From Tardiphaga sp. (lineage in GTDB: Bacteria > Pseudomonadota > Alphaproteobacteria > Rhizobiales > Xanthobacteraceae), in assembly GCF_028290785.1 (NCBI RefSeq), contig NZ_JAQGJD010000333.1, positions 108 to 64,107 on the forward strand: 64,000 nucleotides of DNA, written 5' to 3'. The position numbers were made by a program, and so were the translations under genes. The notes beneath the pieces are model-generated. The model saw only the letters and a list, made by a program, of their open reading frames with translations, made no database searches and was not told the origin of the DNA. Below, one piece after another: positions 1 to 9,642 of the stretch (position 1 is the first letter of the stretch; every line of letters begins with the position of its first letter).

Positions 1-992
<992 letters not shown>

Positions 993-1003
993 GGAGCACT
1001 GTG

Positions 1004-1429
1004 ATGCGCGTCACCCAAGGATGCTTTTCTTTTTTGCCCGATCTCACCGACGAGCAGATCACCAGGCAGGTGCAATACTGCTTGGCGAATGGCTGGGCGG
1101 TGAATATTGAATTCACCGACGACCCGCACCCCCGCAATAATTTCTGGGAAATGTGGGGGCTGCCGATGTTCGATCTGCGCGACGCCGCCGGCGTGCTGAT
1201 GGAACTCACCGAATGTCGCAAGGTCTATGGCGACCGCTATATCCGGCTGTCGGCCTTCGATAGCAGCCATGGCTGGGAATCGGTGCGGCTGTCCTTCATC
1301 GTCAACCGGCCGAAGGTCGAGCCCGGCTTCCGGCTCGAACGCCATGAAGTGGCCGGCCGCAATATCCGCTACACCACCAAATCCTACGCGGTCGATCTTC
1401 CCGAAGGCCAACGCTACGGTGGATCATGA
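1004..1429 (+). CDS. cbbS: RuBisCO small subunit
   Basis: [19 protein letters not shown] and [11 protein letters not shown] motifs; AGGAG RBS after the cbbL stop. Confidence 0.97.
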   Translation: MRVTQGCFSFLPDLTDEQITRQVQYCLANGWAVNIEFTDDPHPRNNFWEMWGLPMFDLRDAAGVLMELTECRKVYGDRYIRLSAFDSSHGWESVRLSFIVNRPKVEPGFRLERHEVAGRNIRYTTKSYAVDLPEGQRYGGS

Positions 1430-2343
1430 GCGCGCTCGCTGAAGCGGACAGCGCGCCGCCGGAGCAGATCGACCTGCGCCGCGAATTCAACGAGGTCGGC
1501 ATCGGCGAGGTGCTGGAAGGGCTCGACCGCGAATTGATCGGGCTGAAGCCGGTCAAGACGCGAATCCGCGAGATCGCGTCGCTGCTGCTGATCGAGCGAA
1601 TCCGCAAGCGCATGAACCTGACGTCGGAAGTGCCGACGCTGCACATGTCGTTCACCGGCAATCCCGGCACCGGCAAGACCACGGTGGCGCTGCGCATCGC
1701 CAGCATTTTGCACCGGCTCGGCTTTGTCCGGCGCGGGCAGGTGGTGTCGGTGACCCGCGACGAACTGGTCGGGCAATATATCGGCCACACCGCGCCGAAG
1801 ACGAAGGAGATACTCAAGAAGGCGATGGGCGGGGTGCTGTTCATCGACGAAGCCTACTATCTGCACCGGCCGGACAACGAGCGCGACTACGGCCAAGAGG
1901 CCATCGAGATCCTGCTGCAGGTGATGGAGTCGCAGCGCGAGGATCTCGTCGTGATCCTCGCCGGCTATGGCGACCGCATGGACAAGTTCTTCGCCAGCAA
2001 TCCCGGCTTCCGCTCGCGGATCGCGCATCACATCGATTTTCCGGACTATTCCGACGACGAATTGTTCGCCATCGCCGATCGGATGCTGCACGAGATGAAC
2101 TATCGCTTTACGCCGCAGTCCCGCGAGGCCTTCGTGCGCTACATCGCGCTGCGCAAGACGCAGCCGCTGTTCTCCAATGCCCGCTCGATCCGCAACGCGC
2201 TGGACCGCATCCGGCTGCGCCAGGCCAACCGCCTGGTCGCCGATCTCGATCGCGTGCTGACATCAGACGACATCATGTCGATCGAGCCATCGGATGTGCT
2301 GGCCAGCCGGGTGTTTGGAGTAGTTCAAAATAGGCAGGCTTGA
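1426..2343 (+). CDS. cbbX: CbbX AAA+ RuBisCO activase
   Basis: Walker A GNPGTGKT, Walker [21 protein letters not shown]; ATGA overlap with cbbS. Confidence 0.96.
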   Translation: MSALAEADSAPPEQIDLRREFNEVGIGEVLEGLDRELIGLKPVKTRIREIASLLLIERIRKRMNLTSEVPTLHMSFTGNPGTGKTTVALRIASILHRLGFVRRGQVVSVTRDELVGQYIGHTAPKTKEILKKAMGGVLFIDEAYYLHRPDNERDYGQEAIEILLQVMESQREDLVVILAGYGDRMDKFFASNPGFRSRIAHHIDFPDYSDDELFAIADRMLHEMNYRFTPQSREAFVRYIALRKTQPLFSNARSIRNALDRIRLRQANRLVADLDRVLTSDDIMSIEPSDVLASRVFGVVQNRQA

Positions 2344-2428
2344 GGGCTTCTAAGGCAGCTGTCCCGAAATCGGTTGAGCGAGTCCCGCGCACCTCCTAGA
2401 AATTCGCGGGGTCGCAAAGGACACGCGA

Positions 2429-2755
2429 ATGACGATGCCGCAGCAGATCAAGGTCTCGGATATCACCGACGAAAGCTCCGCACAGACCTATCTCGATCAG
2501 ATGGTGATGACGACCTTCTGCCGCGTGCTCGATACGTCGCGGTTGCCGCCGGTGGTGGTGATGCGCCTGCTGGCGAGCGCGCTGGGCACTACCTATCGCG
2601 AGGTCGCCGTCGCGCACCAGGACGGGCAATGCCCGTGCGGCTGGTGCCCGCTGCCGGCAATCGATATCGAGACGCTGCGCGCGTCGCTGGAAGATGCGGC
2701 GGCGCTGAAGCGCGCCGACGATCTGGGGACGATGGCAGTCGCCGGAAGGGCTTAG
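2429..2755 (+). CDS. Hypothetical 108-aa protein with HQDGQCPCGWCP motif
   Basis: AAGGA RBS upstream, GC3-rich codons; 3' part duplicated at 4355-4570. Confidence 0.7.
   Translation: MTMPQQIKVSDITDESSAQTYLDQMVMTTFCRVLDTSRLPPVVVMRLLASALGTTYREVAVAHQDGQCPCGWCPLPAIDIETLRASLEDAAALKRADDLGTMAVAGRA
2540..2755 (+). repeat. 216-bp direct repeat, copy 1 (copy 2 at 4355-4570)
   Basis: Manual alignment, about 7 substitutions over 216 bp. Confidence 0.95.
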
Positions 2756-2973
2756 AGAATCTTCCGATTGAACGGACCCACACCCCCGTCATTGCGAGCC
2801 AGCGAAAATCGCCGAAGGCGACTTTCGCTGGGCGAAGCAATCCAGAAAGCCACAAGCGAAGGCTGGATTGCTTCGTCGCAAGGGCTAAGAGGACAGCAGG
2901 CGAGCCAGCTTTCCTTGACCTCTCAATGACGCCTGCGGCTGACTCGAGTCGTCTCAAAGAGAAAATGCTCTAG
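2753..2973. mobile_element. MITE-like element with imperfect terminal IRs and a nested GTCATTGCGAG...CAATGAC palindromic repeat (2788-2930)
   Basis: TAGAGAATCTTC (2753-2764) vs GAAAATGCTCTA (2961-2972), 10/12 complementary; inner GAAGCAATCCAG/CTGGATTGCTTC dyad also seen at 55960-56044. Confidence 0.6.
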
Positions 2974-3243
2974 GCGGCGTGGACAAATCCCACATGCCAC
3001 GGTTGCCCTTCAAGCGCCCCCGGGGCGGGCAGGGAGCGAGGCGCGAAGCCGACGGTGGAGTGGCCCTCCGTCAAGGCCGAGCAACGCTGCCAAGGCCGCC
3101 GCTTCGATAGGGGCCTTGGTCGACGAATTTTCGAGGAGGGTTCGAGCTTCCTTTTCGTTCCTTCGTCACTACGACGAAACCCGAACCCTCCTCAATTTAT
3201 AAACCGACATGCTATTATAGACGATGATGGATCAGAGATGTCG

Positions 3244-4062
3244 TCAAGACCTGATGAAAGAGAGCAGGTCGGGGTTGAGGACATCCGCATGTGTGGTTAG
3301 CATGCCATGGGGGTAGCCGGGATAAGTCTTCAGCGACCCCTGCTTAAGCAGGTCGACCGCACGCGGCACGGAACTTGCGAACGGGACGACTTGATCAGCC
3401 TCGCCATGCATCACCCGCACCGGCACGGTGATCTTCTTGAGGTCTTCGGTATAATCTTCGAGCCAAGAATCGACAGTCGCGTAGTGAGCGAGGGCACCGC
3501 CGGCCATGCCCTGGCGCCACCAGTTCGCGATGACTGCCTCCGAAGGCTTGGCCCCGTCTAGGTTGTAGCCGTAGAACGGATTCTCAGGAACGAAACGGAA
3601 GAACTCCGCCCGGTTGCCCAGCACGCCTGCCCGGATCGCTTCGAACCACTCCGGCGGTTGACCGGACGGGTTGTCCTCGCTCCGATACATGTTCGGCGTC
3701 AATGAAGCGACCAGCACCGCCTTCGCCACGCGCTCCTGGTGGCGCGCGACATAGCGAGCCACCTCACCGCCACCTGTCGAGTGCCCGATATGGATCGCGT
3801 CGCGCAGGTCGAGGTGTTCAGTCAAGGCCGCGAGGTCGGCAACCCAGTGGTCCATGTCGTTGCCGGTGCTGGGCTGGTCGGACCGGCCGTGGCCGCGCCG
3901 GTCGTGGGCGATGACCCGGTAGCCGTGGCGAAGGAAGAAGGTCATTTGGGCGTCCCAGTCGTCCGCCGACAGCGGCCAGCCGTGGCTGAAAACGATCGGC
4001 TGACCTGATCCCCAATCCTTGTAGAAGATGCTCACGCCGTCTGTAGTAGTGATGGCAGGCAT
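3244..4062 (-). CDS. Alpha/beta hydrolase, non-heme haloperoxidase/arylesterase family
   Basis: FYKDWGSGQPIVFSHGWPLSADDW, GHSTGGGE nucleophile elbow, YPGYPHG; AAAGGAG RBS. Confidence 0.92.
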   Translation of the reverse strand: MPAITTTDGVSIFYKDWGSGQPIVFSHGWPLSADDWDAQMTFFLRHGYRVIAHDRRGHGRSDQPSTGNDMDHWVADLAALTEHLDLRDAIHIGHSTGGGEVARYVARHQERVAKAVLVASLTPNMYRSEDNPSGQPPEWFEAIRAGVLGNRAEFFRFVPENPFYGYNLDGAKPSEAVIANWWRQGMAGGALAHYATVDSWLEDYTEDLKKITVPVRVMHGEADQVVPFASSVPRAVDLLKQGSLKTYPGYPHGMLTTHADVLNPDLLSFIRS

Positions 4063-4143
4063 TGTTCAGCTCCTTTCAATTAGCCGCGGATGAGAGTCAT
4101 CGCTCGCTGGCGCGGCGTTCCAGCGATGATCCGGTAAATCAAA

Positions 4144-4159
4144 ATGACCAGTCGCCTAT
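4144..4159. promoter_or_regulatory. Putative TetR (NemR-like) operator upstream of the hydrolase
   Basis: Minus strand ATAGGCGACTGGTCAT resembles the NemR box TAGACCnnnnGGTCTA. Confidence 0.4.
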
Positions 4160-4175
4160 TAATTGGCCAAAATGT

Positions 4176-4330
4176 TTAGATCAGCAAAGAGGGTAAAACA
4201 AAGCGCTCGAAGCTGTCGAAGGGCGCCCGGCTACGTTCGACCTTGGCCCGCATGACCGCCCCTTCGAACGTGTCGATTAGCGCGACGGCGAGCTGCCCGG
4301 AATCCTTTCCGGCCGACAATTCCCCTTTGC
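4176..4330 (-). pseudogene. C-terminal remnant of a TetR/NemR-family regulator
   Basis: Manual translation KGELSAGKDSGQLAVALIDTFEGAVMRAKVERSRAPFDSFERFVLPSLLI*; EGAxxRAKVERS is typical of NemR-like C-termini; no HTH upstream. Confidence 0.7.
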
Positions 4331-4354
4331 TCGCCGGCACCTGGGGCGCCGGAT

Positions 4355-4570
4355 CGGTTGCCGCCCGTGGTGGTGATGCGCCTGCTGGCGAGCCCGCTGG
4401 GCACTACCTATCGCGAGGTCGCCGTCGCGCACCAGGACGGGCAATGCCCGTGCGGCTGGTGCCCGCTGCCGGCGATTGATATCGAGACGCTGCACGCGCC
4501 GCTGGAAGACGCGGCGGCGCTGAAGCGCGCCGACGATCTGGGGACGATGGCAGTCGCCGGAAGGGCTTAG
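4355..4570 (+). pseudogene. 5'-truncated duplicate of the 2429-2755 gene (repeat copy 2)
   Basis: About 97% nucleotide identity to 2540-2755; lacks the first ~37 codons. Confidence 0.85.
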
Positions 4571-4712
4571 CCCTGCGCGGCGAACGACCCGGCGTTGCGG
4601 GTTTGCCGCCGTGAAGCGCTCGATTTCGATGCTGTAACCGTTCATAAGCTCGTCATGGGCCGCGCAGGCCAGCCGCGCGTAGCGCGCGGTTCTGCGACGG
4701 TCGCCCGCCCGA

Positions 4713-5912
4713 GTGAGTTTCATGACGTCTTCCATCATGCTGCCCGGCGTCCGCCGCGGCACGATCCCGGTCATGGCGGCGGCGTGCTCCGTCATGGTCG
4801 GCAACATCTATGTGTGTCAGCCGCTGCTGGCGCAGATCGCCGAGAGTTTTGGCGTTCCGGAACGAACCTCGTCGCTGGTGGCGGTCGCCACCCAGATTGG
4901 CTACGCGTTCGGCATTCTGCTGGTGGTGCCGCTGGCCGACATGGCGCAGCCGGCGCGGTTGGTGCGCTGGCTGCTGGGGCTGACCGCGCTCGGCCTCGCG
5001 GCGGCGGCGCTGGCGCCGAACATTCCGCTGCTGCTGGTGGCGTCCCTGTGCTTTGCACCGGTGACGGTGGTAGCGCAGGTGCTGATCCCGCTGGCGACTT
5101 CGCTGGCGCTGCCGGAGAACCGCGGGCGGATCATCGGCGCGCTGTCCACCGGCCTGGTGCTGGGCATCCTGCTGTCGCGGACCATCTCCGGCATCGTGGC
5201 GCAGTCCGCCGGCTCGTGGCGTGCCTCCTATGCGCTCGCCGCGGCGCTGACCGTGGCGCTGTTCTTCATCCTGCCGCGCTTCATGCCGGCACGGCGCCGC
5301 GACCTCCTGACGACACGCTACCGCGACCTGCTGGCGTCGTTGCCGGCGCTGCTTCGGCACCGGCCGTTACTGCTCTCGATGGGGATGAATTTCTTCGCCT
5401 TCGGCGCCTTCTCGGCGTTCTGGTCGACGTTGGCGTTCCATCTGGGAACGCCGCCGTTCGGCCTTGGCCCGGCCGCCGCCGGCCTGTTCGGCCTGTGGGG
5501 CGCGCCCGGCGCGCTGCTGGCGCCGATGGCCGGGCGGCTGTCGGATCGCTGGGGTTCTGCGCCGGTCAATGTGCTGGCGCTCAGTGTGGCGGCTGTCAGC
5601 TTCCTGGTCGCGGGTACCTGGGGCGCCGGTTCGGTGGCCGGTCTCGTGGTCGCGGTGAACCTGCTCGATTTCGGCATCCAGAGCGGCCAGGTCGCCAACC
5701 AGACCCGGATCTTCGGCCTCGGCGCGGAAATCCGCGGCCGGCTCAACACGCTTTACATGACCGCTTCCTTCGTTGGCGGCGCGCTTGGCGCGCTGGCGGG
5801 TGGCTTGGCCTGGACGGCCGCGGGCTGGACCGGCGTCTGCTGGCTCGGCGGTGGTGTGATCGGTATCTCGGCGCTGTTGCTGTTGATAGGCACGGTCGCC
5901 GGCCGGCGCTGA
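4713..5912 (+). CDS. MFS transporter (YnfM-like)
   Basis: About 12 hydrophobic segments; NIYVCQPLL, GRLSDRWG, RGRLNTLYM motifs; start uncertain (4713-4738). Confidence 0.9.
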   Translation: MSFMTSSIMLPGVRRGTIPVMAAACSVMVGNIYVCQPLLAQIAESFGVPERTSSLVAVATQIGYAFGILLVVPLADMAQPARLVRWLLGLTALGLAAAALAPNIPLLLVASLCFAPVTVVAQVLIPLATSLALPENRGRIIGALSTGLVLGILLSRTISGIVAQSAGSWRASYALAAALTVALFFILPRFMPARRRDLLTTRYRDLLASLPALLRHRPLLLSMGMNFFAFGAFSAFWSTLAFHLGTPPFGLGPAAAGLFGLWGAPGALLAPMAGRLSDRWGSAPVNVLALSVAAVSFLVAGTWGAGSVAGLVVAVNLLDFGIQSGQVANQTRIFGLGAEIRGRLNTLYMTASFVGGALGALAGGLAWTAAGWTGVCWLGGGVIGISALLLLIGTVAGRR

Positions 5913-5979
5913 ATCAATCGGCACGTCGCATAGATTCGCGCCTTGCGTGCGGTGCGGCATCGGTTACATAGAGCCTGTC

Positions 5980-6170
5980 CGACAGACGATGTGGGAGAGA
6001 CCGCCGCGGCTTAAGGCCAGCGTCGGCGCCGAAGGAGCAACCCCCCGGGAAACTCTCAGGCACCAGGGACCGCACCGTTGGACAATCTGGAGAGAGACGC
6101 TTCGCGCGTCCACCGAAGGGGAAGTCTGCCGCTCGCAGATCAAGCTCTCAGGTACCGTGACAGATGGGGA
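5980..6170 (+). promoter_or_regulatory. Tandem glycine riboswitch
   Basis: Two aptamers, each GGAGAGA...CCGAAGG...CTCTCAGG (about 5990-6078 and 6084-6166), upstream of a dadA-like gene. Confidence 0.92.
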
Positions 6171-6227
6171 TAGCCGACCTGGACCATGTCCGGGTCATGT
6201 CGCCCTGCTGCACGAAAGAGAACCACT

Positions 6228-7457
6228 GTGTCCCATATTGCCGTGATCGGCGCCGGTATCACCGGCGTGACGACCGCCTATGCCCTGATCGAAAAGGGCC
6301 ACACCGTCACCGTGTTTGATCGCCACCGCTACGCCGCGATGGAAACCTCCTATGCCAATGGCGGCCAGCTCTCCGCCAGCAATGCCGAAGTCTGGAATCA
6401 CTGGTCGACGGTGATCAAGGGCCTTGGCTGGCTGTTCCGCCGCGACGCGCCGCTGTCGCTGAACCTCGCGCCGAGCTGGCACAAGTATTCCTGGCTGGCT
6501 GAATTCGTCGGCAACATCCCGAACTACCGCGCCAACACCATCGCCACCACGCGCCTCGCCATCGAGGCGCGGCAACACCTGCTGGCGATGGCCGAAAAGG
6601 CCGGCATCGATTTCAATGTCGAGCAGCGCGGCATCCTGCACATCTACCACAGCGAAAAGGACTTCGAGACCGCCGCGAAAGCCAACGCGCTGCTGCAGGA
6701 AGGCGGCCTGACGCGCACGGCGGTCGCGGCCGACCAGATCCGCGGCATCGAGCCGGCGCTGCAGGGCAGCTACTTCGGCGGCTTCTTCACGCCGTCGGAC
6801 TTCACCGGCGACATCCACAAGTTCACCCGCGGGCTGATGGCCTATTGCGAACGCATGGGCGTGAAATTCGTGGGCGATGCCGATGTGTCGAACATGGCCG
6901 CCTCCGGCGACGGCGTCGATATCGGCTGGTCCCGCGCCGGCGAAACGCAGTTGCACAAGACCCATGTCGATGGCGTCGTGATCTGCGCCGGTGTCGCCAG
7001 CCGTCGTCTGGCGGCGATGCTCGGCGACCGCGTCAACATCTATCCAGTGAAGGGCTATTCGATCACGGTCGAGCTCGACGACGAGGATACCCGCGCGGCG
7101 GCGCCGTGGGTCAGCCTGCTCGACGACAAGGCCAAGATCGTCACCAGCCGGCTCGGAGCCAATCGCTTTCGCGTCGCCGGCACCGCTGAATTCAACGGCG
7201 CCAACCGCGACATCCGTGCCGATCGCGTACAGCCTCTGATCGACTGGACGCGAAAACTGTTTCCCGGGATCAACACCAGCCGGGTGATTCCGTGGAGCGG
7301 ATTGCGGCCGATGATGCCCGACATGATGCCGCGCGTCGGCCCCGGCCGGAAACCGCGGGTGTTCTACAACACCGGCCACGGCCATCTCGGCTGGACGCTG
7401 TCGGCGGCCACGGCGCAGATCGTCGCCGACCAGGTGTCGGTGGCCGTGCCCGTATAA
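6228..7457 (+). CDS. dadA: D-amino acid dehydrogenase / FAD-dependent oxidoreductase (DadA-like)
   Basis: VIGAGITG Rossmann motif, ETSYANGGQLS, YPVKGYS, GLRPMMPD, NTGHGHLGWTLS; GTG start. Confidence 0.85.
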   Translation: MSHIAVIGAGITGVTTAYALIEKGHTVTVFDRHRYAAMETSYANGGQLSASNAEVWNHWSTVIKGLGWLFRRDAPLSLNLAPSWHKYSWLAEFVGNIPNYRANTIATTRLAIEARQHLLAMAEKAGIDFNVEQRGILHIYHSEKDFETAAKANALLQEGGLTRTAVAADQIRGIEPALQGSYFGGFFTPSDFTGDIHKFTRGLMAYCERMGVKFVGDADVSNMAASGDGVDIGWSRAGETQLHKTHVDGVVICAGVASRRLAAMLGDRVNIYPVKGYSITVELDDEDTRAAAPWVSLLDDKAKIVTSRLGANRFRVAGTAEFNGANRDIRADRVQPLIDWTRKLFPGINTSRVIPWSGLRPMMPDMMPRVGPGRKPRVFYNTGHGHLGWTLSAATAQIVADQVSVAVPV

Positions 7458-7487
7458 CACCCGACGGCAGGGCGACAACGTCTCCCC

Positions 7488-7561
7488 GTCATGGCCGGCG
7501 GATACCGGCCATCCACGTCCGCGCGTGACATCGTGGATGGCCGGGAAGAACCCGGCCATGA
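7488..7561. repeat. GTCATGGCCGG...CCGGCCATGA palindromic repeat element
   Basis: Nested hairpins; relatives at 28007-28061 and 42979-43054. Confidence 0.8.
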
Positions 7562-7735
7562 AGGAGTGCTGGGCGTCGCCTGCGAGACCGAAAATCCCGC
7601 AGCAGGCGCACAAGTCTTGCGGCGAAACCGTGGCAGGATTTTTGCGCCTTCCAAAGGTGTAAATCCTTTAAACCTAAAGTAACTTGGCCCGATCCTTGAA
7701 TGGCGTGTCCATCTGGATCGGTGCAAAGTGACCTC

Positions 7736-9424
7736 ATGACCTCGACGTCCCCATTAAAAAAGACCGCGACCACCACCCCTGTGTGGCGCGAGGTGGCACG
7801 CGCCATTGCCGACATCGGGGCGAAGCGCTGCTTCGGCCTGGTCGGCGGCGCCAACTTCAAGGTGACGCTCGGCCTCACCGAGCTTGGCGTCGAGTTCGTC
7901 GCCGCGCGCCACGAAGGCGGCGCGGTGTCGATGGCCGATGTCGCGGCACGGCTGACGCGCGATCTCACGGTGGTCAGCGTCACCGCGGGGCCGGGCCTCA
8001 CCAACGCCATCACCGGAATCGGCGAATGCGCCAAGAGCGACACGCCGCTGCTGGTGCTGGCCGGCGACGTGGTGACCGGCGATACGCAATCGGCCTTCGC
8101 CTTTAAGCAGTCCGAACTGGTGCATGCGGTCGGCGGCATCTGGCGCCAGATCGCCGATCCCGAAACCGCCTATGCCGATACGTGGCAGGCCGCCTCGTTG
8201 GCGTTGCGTGCGCGCAAGCCCGTGGTGCTGAGCCTGCCAGTCAATGTGCAGGAAGTGATGGTCGTTGCGCCGTTCGGGAAAAAGCATCCGCCGGTCACAG
8301 CAAACCCCCCGCTCAATGCCGCGAAGCTCGAAGAACTCGTCGCCACCATCAGAGCGTCGAAGAAGCCGCTGATTCTGGCGGGTCACGGCGCCGTGGTCGC
8401 GGATGCCGAACCGCTGCTGATCGCGCTGGCCGACCGGCTCGGCGCGCTGGTTGCAACCTCGGTGCAGGCCCATGGCATGTTCTCCGGCCATCCGTGGAAT
8501 CTCGGCATTGCCGGCGGCTTCTCGTCGCCGGCCGCGGCCGAACTGATCGCGCAGAGCGACATGATCCTGGCGTTCGGCATGTCGCTGAACATGTGGACCA
8601 CCAAGAAGGGCAAGCTGATTTCGGAGGTTGCTCAGCTCGTACAGATCGACGTCGAGAAAGGCCGCATCGGCGTGCACCGCCCGGTCGATCTCGAACTGGA
8701 AGGCGACGCGGCCGCCGTGGCCACGGCCGTGCTGGCGGCGCTGGGCGGGGATGGCGCGGACGCAGGCTGGCGCACACCTGCCGTAGCGGAGGTCATGAAG
8801 ACCAGGAGCAATCGCCAACTGGCCTATGATGACACCAGCGACGCCGAGCACATCGACCCGCGCACGCTGAGCAAGGCGGTGGACGACATTCTGCCGAAGC
8901 ACCGCACCATCGTTGTCGATGGCGGGCATTTTGTCGGCTGGGTGGCGCGCTATCTCTCTGTGCCGGACTATCGCGGCTGGTGCATCCCGATCGCTTTTCA
9001 GTCGATTGGCCTTGGCCTTGCTGGCGCGATCGGCGCGGCGGTGGTGCAGCCGGATCGGCTGACGGTGCTCGCCGTCGGCGACGGCGGCTTCCTGATGGCG
9101 ATCGCCGAGCTGGAAACCGCGGTGCGGTTGAAAAAGCGCATCTGCATTTTTATCTACAATGACAGCGCCTACAGCGCCGAGGTGCATCACTTCGTCCCGG
9201 AAGGCTATTCCGCGGCGATGGCGCAATTCCCGGTGACCGATTTCGCGGCGATCGCCCGCGGCTACGGCGCCGACGGCGTGGTGGTGCGCACGCTGGCCGA
9301 TCTCGCCCCGCTGCAGCGCTGGGTCGATGATGGCGCGCAGGGCGTTTTCGTCGTCGATGGCCGGATCAATCCGGCGCTGGTCGCCGACTGGTACCGCGAT
9401 CTATTTGGTGCGGCGAATTTGTAG
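7736..9424 (+). CDS. Thiamine pyrophosphate-dependent enzyme (acetolactate synthase-like)
   Basis: ARHEGGA, TAGPGLTN, GDGGFLM...YNDSAY TPP-binding motif. Confidence 0.9.
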   Translation: MTSTSPLKKTATTTPVWREVARAIADIGAKRCFGLVGGANFKVTLGLTELGVEFVAARHEGGAVSMADVAARLTRDLTVVSVTAGPGLTNAITGIGECAKSDTPLLVLAGDVVTGDTQSAFAFKQSELVHAVGGIWRQIADPETAYADTWQAASLALRARKPVVLSLPVNVQEVMVVAPFGKKHPPVTANPPLNAAKLEELVATIRASKKPLILAGHGAVVADAEPLLIALADRLGALVATSVQAHGMFSGHPWNLGIAGGFSSPAAAELIAQSDMILAFGMSLNMWTTKKGKLISEVAQLVQIDVEKGRIGVHRPVDLELEGDAAAVATAVLAALGGDGADAGWRTPAVAEVMKTRSNRQLAYDDTSDAEHIDPRTLSKAVDDILPKHRTIVVDGGHFVGWVARYLSVPDYRGWCIPIAFQSIGLGLAGAIGAAVVQPDRLTVLAVGDGGFLMAIAELETAVRLKKRICIFIYNDSAYSAEVHHFVPEGYSAAMAQFPVTDFAAIARGYGADGVVVRTLADLAPLQRWVDDGAQGVFVVDGRINPALVADWYRDLFGAANL

Positions 9425-9440
9425 TTGAGCGGGCTTTCTT

Positions 9441-9582
9441 TCTTCCTTCTCCCCTTGTGGGAGAAGGTGGCGCGGCGTAGCCGCGTCGGATAAGGGGTAT
9501 TGCCGGGCGACGGAGCTTGTGGCTACCCCTCATCCGGCCGCGCTGCGTGCGGCCACCCTCTCCCACAAGAGGAGAGGGAAGA
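9441..9582. repeat. CCTTCTCCCC..GGGAGAAGG-type mosaic palindromic element
   Basis: Terminal hairpins plus central AGGGG/CCCCTCA; relatives at 10660-10884 and 37231-37417. Confidence 0.8.
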
Positions 9583-9642
9583 AGAGTCCCTCTTGCATCG
9601 TCAAATTCCCGCCACCATCTGACATCGCGAAGGACAATCGCC

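Noticed and set aside
2374-3300. ORFs 2374-2973 and 3055-3300
   Set aside because: They overlap a better-supported gene or translate repeat sequence, with no protein-like motifs
2540-4570. attL/attR of an integrative element
   Set aside because: No integrase, and the MFS-derived junction fits a duplication plus deletion better
7660-7690. SoxR/MerR-like operator upstream of the TPP enzyme
   Set aside because: Only a partial resemblance (CCTAAAGTAACTTGG) with poor dyad symmetry
9517-9642. N-terminal extension of HtrA
   Set aside because: It is a translation of the repeat element; an RBS supports the ATG at 9643
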